Below are positions 10,963 to 18,810 of a stretch of DNA of 56,578 nt, piece after piece; position 1 is the first letter of the stretch, and every line of letters starts with the position of its first letter. The stretch lies in IMG/VR virus record IMGVR_UViG_3300006103_000010; one strand, 5' to 3'. The position numbers were made by a program, and so were the translations under genes. The notes beneath the pieces were generated by a model that was not told the origin of the DNA, made no database searches, and saw only the letters and a list, made by a program, of their open reading frames with translations. Source of the DNA: an uncultured virus (IMG/VR IMGVR_UViG_3300006103_000010). Lineage: Duplodnaviria > Heunggongvirae > Uroviricota > Caudoviricetes.

Positions 10963-11225
10963 TAACCATGGAAACTATTGGTAATCTTATTGATAAGCTA
11001 ACGGTTACAAACATACGTATCTGGATGGCAGAAGATATAAAACGAGATGCTAGTGCTTCTGACAAAGAAATAGCTGACGCTACTCGCTTGACGAACGTTT
11101 GTAACCAGCAGCGCAACGATCTTATTCAAGCCATTGATGAGTCTATTAATCACATGGTAAAAACAGGAACGCTACAAAAGTTATACGGACAAGGTTCCAA
11201 CAAATTATATGGTAAGGGCAAGTAA
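10959..11225 (+). CDS. DUF4254-like small helical protein
   Basis: ETIGNLIDKL..NIRIW..ED..R and NQQRNDLIQAIDE. Confidence 0.65.
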   Translation: MITMETIGNLIDKLTVTNIRIWMAEDIKRDASASDKEIADATRLTNVCNQQRNDLIQAIDESINHMVKTGTLQKLYGQGSNKLYGKGK

Positions 11226-12445
11226 TGAAAGAGCTTTTTGACTTAGGAGAGTTGTACGTATCAGACTTTGTTAAGCCTGGTGAAGACTACCGTGCTGGCC
11301 GGGTTGGATTGAAGATGGTGTTCGATGAAGAACGTCAAGCTGCACGCCTGGAACAAGTAACACCGGGTGAGTTCATGTATGGTCGTTATTGGTACCGTTC
11401 TGGTATCAATGCAACTATGACTAATGAGCTTAAAGGTATTGTTGAGTCCGTTCATGCCACCTACAAGATGCCAGAAGCACCGGTATGGCTGGACATCGCT
11501 TGTAACGATGGGACATTGCTTAGCTTTGTACCCAAAGAATACATCCGCATTGGCATTGACCCGGTAGATGATAGCTTCAAGGCAGAATCATCAAAGCATG
11601 CTGACGTTATCGTTCAAGACTACTTCTCTAAAGATGCATACCGCAACTCATCTTTAGGTGCAATGAATGCTGATGTTGTAACTATCATCGCCATGTTCTA
11701 TGACCTTGAGCACCCTGATATTTTTCTGCAAGAGCTTGCCAGTGTTATGAATGATAACGGTCTGCTTGTTGTACAGATGAGCTACACTCCACTAATGATT
11801 GAGCAGATGGCTTTTGATAATATCTGCCATGAGCACCTCTACTACCACTCGCTGGCATCGATCAAGAAACTATTCAACGAGAACGGTTTTCAGATTGTAG
11901 ATACTCAGCTCAACGATATTAACGGTGGATCTTTTCGTGTATATGCAATGAAGCAGGGTGCAGACATCACCCGCTTTGGCACACAACCATACAGAGATGT
12001 GTGCAGCTACCGAGTTAACTCTTTACTTGAGTATGAACAAGCCCGTGGATATAACACACCAGAAGTGTGGGCTGGATTCTACCAACGGTTGCTAGAACTC
12101 AAGGAGCAAACTTACAACTTTATCAAGCAGGCAAAGGCTGAAGGCAAGACAGTATGGGGCTATGGTGCAAGCACCAAGGGTAACACGCTATTGCAATACT
12201 TTAATCTTGATCACAACTTGATCGATGGCATTGCTGAGCGTAGCCCGTACAAGTTTGGCTTGAAAACTGTTGGCACTGAGATCCCAATCTACAGTGAGGA
12301 AGAGATGCGCGCAGCTAATCCAGACTACTTGCTCGTGCTACCCTGGCATTTTATCAATGAGTTTGTTGAGCGTGAGCAAGAGTACCTACGCAATGGTGGT
12401 AAGTTCATTGTTCCTTGCCCAAAGTTTGAAGTTATTGGTTACTAA
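11225..12445 (+). CDS. NDP-sugar C-methyltransferase-like protein
   Basis: LDIACNDGTLL, FDNICHEHLYY, GYGASTKGNTLL, PDYLLVLPWHF. Confidence 0.88.
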   Translation: MKELFDLGELYVSDFVKPGEDYRAGRVGLKMVFDEERQAARLEQVTPGEFMYGRYWYRSGINATMTNELKGIVESVHATYKMPEAPVWLDIACNDGTLLSFVPKEYIRIGIDPVDDSFKAESSKHADVIVQDYFSKDAYRNSSLGAMNADVVTIIAMFYDLEHPDIFLQELASVMNDNGLLVVQMSYTPLMIEQMAFDNICHEHLYYHSLASIKKLFNENGFQIVDTQLNDINGGSFRVYAMKQGADITRFGTQPYRDVCSYRVNSLLEYEQARGYNTPEVWAGFYQRLLELKEQTYNFIKQAKAEGKTVWGYGASTKGNTLLQYFNLDHNLIDGIAERSPYKFGLKTVGTEIPIYSEEEMRAANPDYLLVLPWHFINEFVEREQEYLRNGGKFIVPCPKFEVIGY

Positions 12446-13056
12446 TGAAAAGAATACAGCACTCACTCAGTCAAGCTGGTCAAGATTCATTCGTAATGAA
12501 TATGCTGGGTTGGAAAACCAATGGTTTTTATCTAGAGGTCGGAGCTGGATTCTATTATAATTTATCTAATACGTACGCACTCGAGAAAGAGTATGGTTGG
12601 GATGGCGTATCTCTAGAGTTTGATCCTAACATGTGCTACGATTTTAATGAAAATCGTAACAATCCATGTCATTGCATTGATGCAACTACTGCTGATTATG
12701 ATCAACTTCTGTCTTCGTGTAACGCACCACAGCAAATCGATTACCTGCAACTGGATATAGACCCTACGAAGAACACACTGCAAGCTTTAAAGCAAATCCC
12801 ACTAGACAAATACAGGTTCAGCGTCGTGACGTTTGAACACGATTTATATAATGATCCTGGTAATAAGCAGCACAAGCTAGATGCATGTGATATCCTAACT
12901 GGTGCTGGCTATCAACTTGTTGTATCGAACGTGTCGTGCAACGATAGTGGCGGTGGAGCATTTGAAGACTGGTACGTTGATCCAAAAGCTGTACCAGAAA
13001 GCATATGGCGACAAGCAATAAATAGTGATGTTCATTGTTCAAGCCTGTTCGAATAA
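12445..13056 (+). CDS. FkbM-like methyltransferase
   Basis: SQAGQD, YLEVGA, SNTYALEK, IDYLQLDID, FEH, FEDWYV. Confidence 0.8.
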   Translation: MKRIQHSLSQAGQDSFVMNMLGWKTNGFYLEVGAGFYYNLSNTYALEKEYGWDGVSLEFDPNMCYDFNENRNNPCHCIDATTADYDQLLSSCNAPQQIDYLQLDIDPTKNTLQALKQIPLDKYRFSVVTFEHDLYNDPGNKQHKLDACDILTGAGYQLVVSNVSCNDSGGGAFEDWYVDPKAVPESIWRQAINSDVHCSSLFE

Positions 13057-13065
13057 GGAGGGTCT

Positions 13066-14064
13066 ATGAAAAAAGCTTTGGTACTTGGTGCCGGTGGATT
13101 CATTGGCAGTCATATGGTTACTCGCTTAAAGAGCGAGGGATACTGGGTGCGTGGTGTCGATATAAAATACCCAGAGTTTAGCAGTACAACAGCTGATGAC
13201 TTTAGGATCGGTGACCTGACTGATCCTCGTGTGGTGAATATCGTAACGCAACATGAAGGTGACACGTTTGATGAGATATACCAGTTTGCTGCTGATATGG
13301 GTGGAGCTGGTTACATCTTTAGTGGTGAACATGATGCTGATGTTATGCATAATTCAGCTACAATAAATCTTAATGTTGTCAATCGTGTCAGAGAAATCAA
13401 TGAGTTCACTGGCAAGCACAAGACTACAATTTTTTACAGTAGCAGCGCATGCATTTACCCTGAGTATAATCAGCTAGACCCTGATAACCCTAACTGCAGC
13501 GAGGACAGTGCCTATCCAGCAGCACCAGACAGTGAGTACGGTTGGGAGAAGCTGTTCAGTGAGCGATTGTATTTATCATACCATCGCAATTATGGCATCC
13601 CTGTTCGTATCGCAAGGTTCCATAATATCTTTGGTGTGGAAGGAACTTGGCATGGTGGCAAAGAGAAAGCACCTGCTGCTATGTGCCGTAAAGTAGCAGA
13701 AGCTAATGATGGTGACACAATTGAAATCTGGGGCGATGGTAAGCAAACAAGAAGTTTTCTTTATATCGATGAATGTATTGAAGCAGTTCGCAGGCTGATT
13801 ATGAGTGACTTTACTGGTCCGGTTAACATCGGCAGTGAAGAGATGGTAACGATTAATCAGCTTGTTGAAGTTGTTGCTAAGGTAGCTGGGAAAACAATTA
13901 ACATCAATCACATTGATGGGCCTCTTGGGGTGCGTGGTCGCAATAGCGACAACACACTGATCAAAGAAAAGCTTGATTGGACATATACCATGTCACTCGA
14001 AGAAGGTTTGCGTAGAACCTATGAATGGATTAACAAGCAGGTGCACCATGGTACACAAGACTGA
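13066..14064 (+). CDS. GDP-mannose 3,5-epimerase-like NAD-dependent epimerase
   Basis: GAGGFIG, AADMGGAG, SSACIYP, YGWEK, EKAPAAMCRK, GVRGRNSDN. Confidence 0.88.
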   Translation: MKKALVLGAGGFIGSHMVTRLKSEGYWVRGVDIKYPEFSSTTADDFRIGDLTDPRVVNIVTQHEGDTFDEIYQFAADMGGAGYIFSGEHDADVMHNSATINLNVVNRVREINEFTGKHKTTIFYSSSACIYPEYNQLDPDNPNCSEDSAYPAAPDSEYGWEKLFSERLYLSYHRNYGIPVRIARFHNIFGVEGTWHGGKEKAPAAMCRKVAEANDGDTIEIWGDGKQTRSFLYIDECIEAVRRLIMSDFTGPVNIGSEEMVTINQLVEVVAKVAGKTININHIDGPLGVRGRNSDNTLIKEKLDWTYTMSLEEGLRRTYEWINKQVHHGTQD

Positions 14065-14365
14065 AGTAGACACAGACAGCGAAGGCGTCAAGCACTGCCT
14101 GAACTGCAGGCGACAGGCATTCCGTATTCACTTTGACTGGTACTGCACCTGTCAAGAGCAGCGAGATGCCAGGATGGACTTTGAGCAGTGGTTGAACTAT
14201 GGCGTGGAGAACGGCTACTGTAGTGAGCAGTTCTGCAACACACACGATGGGTACCCTGTGCATCCCACTGAAGAGCAGGCCTGGGATAGAGGTGACGATC
14301 CTTGCATGCATCTGGTAAGGTTGGGTAGCATGGATGATTGGGAGTACGATTACATGCCCCTGTAA
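14048..14365 (+). CDS. Cys/His-rich hypothetical protein
   Basis: ATG overlaps the end of the epimerase; CxxC and C..CxTHDG clusters. Confidence 0.6.
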   Translation: MVHKTEVDTDSEGVKHCLNCRRQAFRIHFDWYCTCQEQRDARMDFEQWLNYGVENGYCSEQFCNTHDGYPVHPTEEQAWDRGDDPCMHLVRLGSMDDWEYDYMPL

Positions 14366-14381
14366 CTCAGTTGGTAGAGTG
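14356..14381 (+). pseudogene. Orphan 5' tRNA fragment (acceptor strand plus D arm)
   Basis: GCCCCTG-TA-ACTC-AGTTGGTA-GAGT-G, then the tRNA pattern stops abruptly. Confidence 0.75.
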
Positions 14382-14422
14382 ATTTAATTCATACTTGTAC
14401 TTGCACTAGTAGCCACAGGAGA

Positions 14423-14908
14423 GTGGCTATGACTACTAGAACATCAGAGCAAGTAATATGCAGTAGAACTGACTGTAGCAATGTATATAAAAGATATGCC
14501 TATCAAGTAAAAAAGAATATAGGATTATACTGTTCTCAAAGCTGCGCAGCTAGAGCACAGCATTCAGTTAGGTACTCCAGTTATGTACCATCACCAAAAC
14601 CATGTTTATACTGTGGTGCCTACAAAGGTGATAACAATAAAAATGCATATTGTAGAAATTGTTTTAATATAAAATCTGCTACTAGAAAATTTGGTTTGAC
14701 TATTGCTGATTACTACAGTATGCTAGAGGGTCAAAACCATCGCTGTGGAATATGCAAGATCGATAGGTGCTCTACTGGTAAAAACTTTTGTGTTGATCAC
14801 GATCACAAAACTGGTAGCGTTAGAGGGTTACTGTGCTATAGTTGCAACATCAGACTAGGATGGTATGAAAAAAAGAAAGAATCAATAGAAGAATATTTAA
14901 CCTCCTGA
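14423..14908 (+). CDS. Endonuclease VII-family HNH (homing-type) nuclease
   Basis: FGLT..Y..M...Q..RCGIC..VDHDHKTGSVRGLLCYSCN; N-terminal zinc fingers; AT-rich. Confidence 0.9.
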   Translation: MAMTTRTSEQVICSRTDCSNVYKRYAYQVKKNIGLYCSQSCAARAQHSVRYSSYVPSPKPCLYCGAYKGDNNKNAYCRNCFNIKSATRKFGLTIADYYSMLEGQNHRCGICKIDRCSTGKNFCVDHDHKTGSVRGLLCYSCNIRLGWYEKKKESIEEYLTS

Positions 14909-14971
14909 AACATTAAAGTGATGTACGGGACTTTTAATCCTGAAAAGAGGGGGCGGTACCCTCCAGGAGGA
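14901..14971 (+). tRNA. Non-canonical tRNA-Lys(UUU)
   Basis: Complete cloverleaf: CCTCCTG/CAGGAGG, ACAT/ATGT, CGGGA-CTTTTAA-TCCTG, GAGGG-GGCGGTA-CCCTC. T loop lacks TTC. Confidence 0.7.
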
Positions 14972-14981
14972 CAACAGTATA

Positions 14982-15055
14982 CGGAATGTAGCTCAGCTTG
15001 GTAGAGCGCTGCGTTTGGGACGCAGATGTCGCAGGTTCGAATCCTGTCATTCCGA
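14982..15055 (+). tRNA. tRNA-Pro(UGG)
   Basis: CGGAATG/CATTCCG; CTGCG-TTTGGGA-CGCAG; TTCGAAT T loop. Confidence 0.95.
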
Positions 15056-15066
15056 CGCAGTAGAAT

Positions 15067-15148
15067 GGGTCAGTGTCCGAGCGGCCAAAGGAAGCGGTCT
15101 GTAAAACCGCCGCGTAAAGCTACGTAGGTTCGAATCCTACCTGGCCCA
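15067..15148 (+). tRNA. tRNA-Tyr(GUA)
   Basis: GCGGT-CTGTAAA-ACCGC, long variable arm, GTAGG-TTCGAAT-CCTAC. Confidence 0.95.
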
Positions 15149-15153
15149 CAGAA

Positions 15154-15227
15154 GCCCTAGTATCCCAACAGGCAGAGGAGGAGGACTTAAAATCCTTGTA
15201 GTGTGGGTTCGAATCCCACCTGGGGCA
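15154..15227 (+). tRNA. tRNA-Leu(UAA) with short variable loop
   Basis: GAGGA-CTTAAAA-TCCTT, 5-nt variable region, GTGGG-TTCGAAT-CCCAC. Confidence 0.9.
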
Positions 15228-15231
15228 CAGA

Positions 15232-15466
15232 GCCCTGATGGCGGAATAGGCAGACGCGCCAGGTTTGATATGCCCCCGTGGTGAAATAGGTAAACACGTT
15301 ACCCTTAGGAGGTAATGACCGTAAGGTCTTGTCAGTTCGAGTCTGACCGGGGGCACAATATAAAACAATGTAAACAATGTAAAAGTGTATACATTGAAAA
15401 CAGCAGCACACAAGAAAAAATAATGGTATACTCCGCGGGGTGAAGGTTCAAGTCCCCCTCAGGGTA
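15232..15466 (+). pseudogene. Split Leu-type tRNA (5' half about 15232-15268, 3' half about 15424-15466)
   Basis: 5' GCCCTGA pairs with TCAGGGT at 15459-15465; Leu-type D arm; 3' half has a variable arm and a TTCAAGT loop. Confidence 0.65.
15272..15355 (+). tRNA. tRNA-Leu(UAG)
   Basis: GCCCCCG/CGGGGGC; TTACC-CTTAGGA-GGTAA; long variable arm. Confidence 0.93.
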
Positions 15467-15477
15467 CGGAGGTAACA

Positions 15478-15717
15478 ATGACAACTAAAGATATACGATG
15501 GGCAGCAAGGATCATCCTGGAACTGGCCAAGGTACCGGTACAGCCCAAGCTGATCGATGCATTCGTAAACTATGACGCTAACAAGATGTGGGTGAAGAGT
15601 GTGTTGAAGACAGCAGCACCGGCTGCTAGTGTGATGAGCAACCCGTACTACTACGAGGCAATCGAGATCTTGCGGCAGAACGGGATCAGCGATAACATCT
15701 ACGACACAGGGAGTTAG
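15478..15717 (+). CDS. Hypothetical protein
   Basis: GGAGG SD; 79 aa. Confidence 0.7.
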   Translation: MTTKDIRWAARIILELAKVPVQPKLIDAFVNYDANKMWVKSVLKTAAPAASVMSNPYYYEAIEILRQNGISDNIYDTGS

Positions 15718-15719
15718 CC

Positions 15720-15896
15720 ATGCATCACGAGACCTGGTGGAGCATTCTCACCGATCCCAATCATCTGATTGCGGAAAGCATTGTGAGTGTGATAGAAGAG
15801 ATCATTGTGTTCACACTGGGTTACTACCTGGGTCGTAAACGGATCTGGCAGAAGATTCACAAGCAGTTCGACAAGGAGCATGACATCACCCACTAG
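15720..15896 (+). CDS. Small membrane protein (58 aa, not in ORF track)
   Basis: MHHETWWSILTDPNHLIAESIVSVIEEIIVFTLGYYLGRKRIW..; GGAG SD. Confidence 0.65.
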   Translation: MHHETWWSILTDPNHLIAESIVSVIEEIIVFTLGYYLGRKRIWQKIHKQFDKEHDITH

Positions 15897-15901
15897 AATA
15901 T

Positions 15902-15974
15902 GCCCCTGTAGCTCAATGGATAGAGCAAGTGGTTTCTACCCACTAGGTTGCGCGTTCGATTCGTGCCAGGGGTA
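15902..15974 (+). tRNA. tRNA-Arg(UCU)
   Basis: AGTGG-TTTCTAC-CCACT; GCCCCTG/CAGGGGT. Confidence 0.92.
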
Positions 15975-15979
15975 CACCC

Positions 15980-16056
15980 GCCGAGATAGCTCAGTTGGTC
16001 AGAGTGCTTTACTTGTAATAAAGATGTCGTGGGTTCGAATCCCACTCTCGGCTCCA
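15980..16056 (+). tRNA. tRNA-Thr(UGU)
   Basis: CTTTA-CTTGTAA-TAAAG; GCCGAGA/TCTCGGC; encoded CCA. Confidence 0.95.
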
Positions 16057-16733
16057 TGGAAAATACAATCAAAGTACATAACGATGGGTTCGTCACACTG
16101 TTAGACAGCAGTGCCAGTGACCTGGACGTGGTTAACGCTGCACGCGTGTCTTTCCATACCAGCCATGAACAGATGGAACCTGGCGATGACAAACTGATCG
16201 GTTACCTTATGCGTAACCGGCATGGTTCACCATTCGAACACACCTACTTCAAGTTCTGTGTTCGTCTGCCAATCTTTGTGGCCAGGGAATGGATCCGTCA
16301 TCGCATTGGCAACTCATTCAATGAGGTGAGCGGTCGTTACACCGAGATCGACATGGGCTACTATGTTCCTGACCGTGATCACATCCGCAAGCGTGTTGGC
16401 AAGCCAGGAGCCTACGAGTACGAAGTCATGAATGAACCTGCTATCGCAGGGCTGATTGACTCAGCGTCAAGCAGTGCATTCCAGGGCTACAAAACTCTGC
16501 TAGCATGTGGGGTAGCACCAGAGCTGGCACGCATTGTACTGCCAGTGAACGCATACACTGAATGGATCTGGACAGTGAACGCCAGGTCATTGATGGCGTT
16601 CTTGAGCCTTAGAGCAGAGCGGCATGCACAACAGGAGATTCAGGACTATGCTCGTGCTGTCGAAGAGTTTTTCAAACAAGCCATGCCGGTAACATACGAG
16701 GCATGGAACGAGAATGGTAGGGTCGCACCATGA
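16056..16733 (+). CDS. thyX: Flavin-dependent thymidylate synthase
   Basis: HGSPFEH, REWIRHRIGNSFNEVSGRY, ELARIVLP, HAQQEI. Confidence 0.97.
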   Translation: MENTIKVHNDGFVTLLDSSASDLDVVNAARVSFHTSHEQMEPGDDKLIGYLMRNRHGSPFEHTYFKFCVRLPIFVAREWIRHRIGNSFNEVSGRYTEIDMGYYVPDRDHIRKRVGKPGAYEYEVMNEPAIAGLIDSASSSAFQGYKTLLACGVAPELARIVLPVNAYTEWIWTVNARSLMAFLSLRAERHAQQEIQDYARAVEEFFKQAMPVTYEAWNENGRVAP

Positions 16734-16954
16734 ACAACTATGCACCATACGAACTGGTAATGAAGCACTCACCAATGATCCAGGCACAAGGCGCTGGCAC
16801 TAGCGTTAGCCTGTGCCGTGGTTGCGCAGGGCCAAACGGCGTGTACAATATCTCATGGCCATGCGATGCAGTGCAGATCTGGGGCCTGCTCACAGAGATC
16901 CCACTAGAGTTTGACACTGATGCAGAACGTGGTAAGATCACGTACGTCAACTAA
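16730..16954 (+). CDS. Hypothetical protein (CxxC..WPC)
   Basis: ATGA overlap with thyX. Confidence 0.65.
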   Translation: MNNYAPYELVMKHSPMIQAQGAGTSVSLCRGCAGPNGVYNISWPCDAVQIWGLLTEIPLEFDTDAERGKITYVN

Positions 16955-16969
16955 AAGAAAGGCAAACAA

Positions 16970-17128
16970 ATGACATTAAAAGCTGGTGATTACGTAGCAA
17001 TCGAAATTGGAAAGATTATTGGCTTTACTTCTGATGGTAAAGCAGTAGTAGAGTTTTCATCATTCCCAGATGATTTACAGGCTTATGACACAGAAGATTT
17101 GTATCTCTTTTCTCCACCTGAAGAGTAG
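16970..17128 (+). CDS. Small hypothetical protein (52 aa, not in ORF track)
   Basis: AAAGG SD; MTLKAGDYVAIEIGKIIGFTSDGKAVVEF.. Confidence 0.6.
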   Translation: MTLKAGDYVAIEIGKIIGFTSDGKAVVEFSSFPDDLQAYDTEDLYLFSPPEE

Positions 17129-17137
17129 CAATTTTTA

Positions 17138-17211
17138 GGACATTTAGCTCAGTTGGTTAGAGCATCTGGCTTACATCCAGAGGGTCGGGGGTTCGAGTCC
17201 CTCAATGTCCA
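17138..17211 (+). tRNA. tRNA-Val(UAC), intact copy
   Basis: GGACATT/AATGTCC; TCTGG-CTTACAT-CCAGA. Confidence 0.95.
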
Positions 17212-17232
17212 CTCCAAGTAAGAAAGGAAAAC

Positions 17233-17337
17233 ATGGAAATTAAACTCAGCGTCAGTATAGGAGCAACTCTCCAGGTCAACAATGCCAAAGGAGAGTGGGA
17301 CTGGATTAAGCCGGTCATTCTGCGTCCGAAAAAGTGA
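17233..17337 (+). pseudogene. Truncated paralog of the 19688-19990 gene
   Basis: MEIKLSVSIGATLQVNNAKGEWDWIKP versus MELKLNVSIGATLQVRNSKGEWDWIKP; ends after 34 aa. Confidence 0.85.
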
Positions 17338-18602
17338 GCTCCACCGAACCGCGCATTAGCGTCTTCACGCCGAGCCACCGTCCAACGTTCCTGAATGAAT
17401 GTTTTGACAGCCTCGTAGCTCAGACCTTCTCCGATTGGGAGTGGGTTGTTGTGATGAACAATGGAGCCAACTGGCGTCCGCCGGTTGCTGATCCTCGGGT
17501 TCGAGTGTTGCAGAACAACGATCTGCATGGTGTTGGAGCGGCAAAGCGTTATGCCTGCGAGCAAGCTCGAGGTGAGTTCTTGTTGGAACTCGACCACGAC
17601 GACTTGCTGGCTCGAGAAGCCTTGGCTGAAGTGGTCGCTGCGTTTGATGCCAATCCATCGGTTGGTTTCGTCTTCAGTCAGTTCGCACAGATTAATGAAG
17701 ATGGTTCACGAAACGATCAGCGTTTCAACCCGGCCCACGGTTGGGAGTACACCGAAGTCGAGGTGAACGGCCAATCAGTGTTGCAGTGCAACTCAATGTT
17801 GCCCTACCCGCAGAACGTCTCCTACATCTGGTACGCACCGAACCACCTCCGAGCCTTTCGCAAGACCACCTACGACGCTGCTGGTGGGTACAACCCTGAG
17901 CTGACGGTGCTCGATGACCAAGACCTGATGTGCCGGCTGTTCCAGCACACGGCGTTCCACCTCATCGACCAGTGCCTCTACCTCCAGCGGGTCCACTCGA
18001 GGAATACTCAATCCGATCCAATGATCAACCAGGCGATCCAAACCGACACGGTTGCCCTGTATGACTCCTACGTCGAAGGCAATGCGCTGGCGTGGGCGAA
18101 GCGTGAGGGCCTGCTTGCCCTCGACCTCGGTGCGGCCCACAACAAGCACCCCCAATACTTAGGGGTTGACCAGTACGAGCGTCCAGGCGTGGACATTGTT
18201 GCCGACGTCACGAAGGGCTTGGATCTTCCTGACAATTCAGTTGGTGTCATTCGGGCTAAGGACTTCCTCGAGCACATTCCCGACAAGGTGACCTTGTTCA
18301 ATGAACTCTACCGAGTGCTTGCCCATGGTGGATTGCTGTTGTCGCTCACTCCGAGCAGTGACGGTAGGGGAGCGTTCCAAGACCCAACTCATGTGGCCTA
18401 CTACAACGAGAATTCGTTCTGGTACTTCACGGATCGCAACTACGCCAACTTCGTGCCGCAGATTCAGACTCGGTTCCAAGTGAGTCGCCTCGTGACTTTC
18501 TTTCCGAACGACTGGCATCAGCAGCACAATATTTCCTACGTGAATGCGAACCTGATTGCCATCAAGGATGGACCTCGCCAGGGTGGCATTCTGTCGATTT
18601 AA
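17334..18602 (+). CDS. GT2 glycosyltransferase fused to a SAM methyltransferase domain
   Basis: ISVFTP..QTFSDWEWVVV..LELDHDD; C-terminal LDLGAA..DFLEHI..ELYRVL..AFQDPTH. Confidence 0.9.
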   Translation: MSSTEPRISVFTPSHRPTFLNECFDSLVAQTFSDWEWVVVMNNGANWRPPVADPRVRVLQNNDLHGVGAAKRYACEQARGEFLLELDHDDLLAREALAEVVAAFDANPSVGFVFSQFAQINEDGSRNDQRFNPAHGWEYTEVEVNGQSVLQCNSMLPYPQNVSYIWYAPNHLRAFRKTTYDAAGGYNPELTVLDDQDLMCRLFQHTAFHLIDQCLYLQRVHSRNTQSDPMINQAIQTDTVALYDSYVEGNALAWAKREGLLALDLGAAHNKHPQYLGVDQYERPGVDIVADVTKGLDLPDNSVGVIRAKDFLEHIPDKVTLFNELYRVLAHGGLLLSLTPSSDGRGAFQDPTHVAYYNENSFWYFTDRNYANFVPQIQTRFQVSRLVTFFPNDWHQQHNISYVNANLIAIKDGPRQGGILSI

Positions 18603-18676
18603 CGGCTTCATCAAACAAGGCCGTGGAAATCCTTAAGGTCAATGGCATAGTGGTCAATCTCTACTCTTACTAAAAG

Positions 18677-18705
18677 TTGCACTCGAACAAGGTAACCACT
18701 ATACT
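18677..18705 (+). promoter_or_regulatory. Sigma70-type promoter
   Basis: TTGCAC-17 bp-TATACT just upstream of the second tRNA-Val copy. Confidence 0.7.
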
Positions 18706-18715
18706 AGAACTATAG

Positions 18716-18789
18716 GCCTTGGTAGCTCAGTTGGTTAGAGCATCTGGCTTACATCCAGAGGGTCGGGGGTTCGAGTCCCTCAATGTCCA
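18716..18789 (+). pseudogene. Chimeric tRNA-Val(UAC) with unpaired acceptor stem
   Basis: 5' strand GCCTTGG cannot form a stem with 3' AATGTCC; remainder matches the 17138 copy. Confidence 0.8.
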
Positions 18790-18810
18790 CTACAAGTAAA
18801 AAGGATTAGT

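Larger units (their letters stand above)
17145..18791 (+). repeat. 69-bp direct repeat (17145-17213 and 18723-18791) flanking a 1.5 kb cassette
   Basis: TAGCTCAGTTGGTTAGAGC...CCCTCAATGTCCACT reads identically in both copies. Confidence 0.92.

Noticed and set aside
14356..14974. Group I intron splitting a tRNA around the HNH gene
   Set aside because: The upstream acceptor strand GCCCCTG pairs poorly with downstream CAGGAGG, the downstream tRNA is complete by itself, and there is no room for a ribozyme core.
15805..16104. ORFs 15805-16104, 15120-15413 and 15187-15411, and the 16029 start for thyX
   Set aside because: They run through tRNA genes and are translation artefacts.
17145..18791. Integrase-mobilised island with attL/attR
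   Set aside because: No integrase or transposase in the cassette or window; kept only as a recombination scar.
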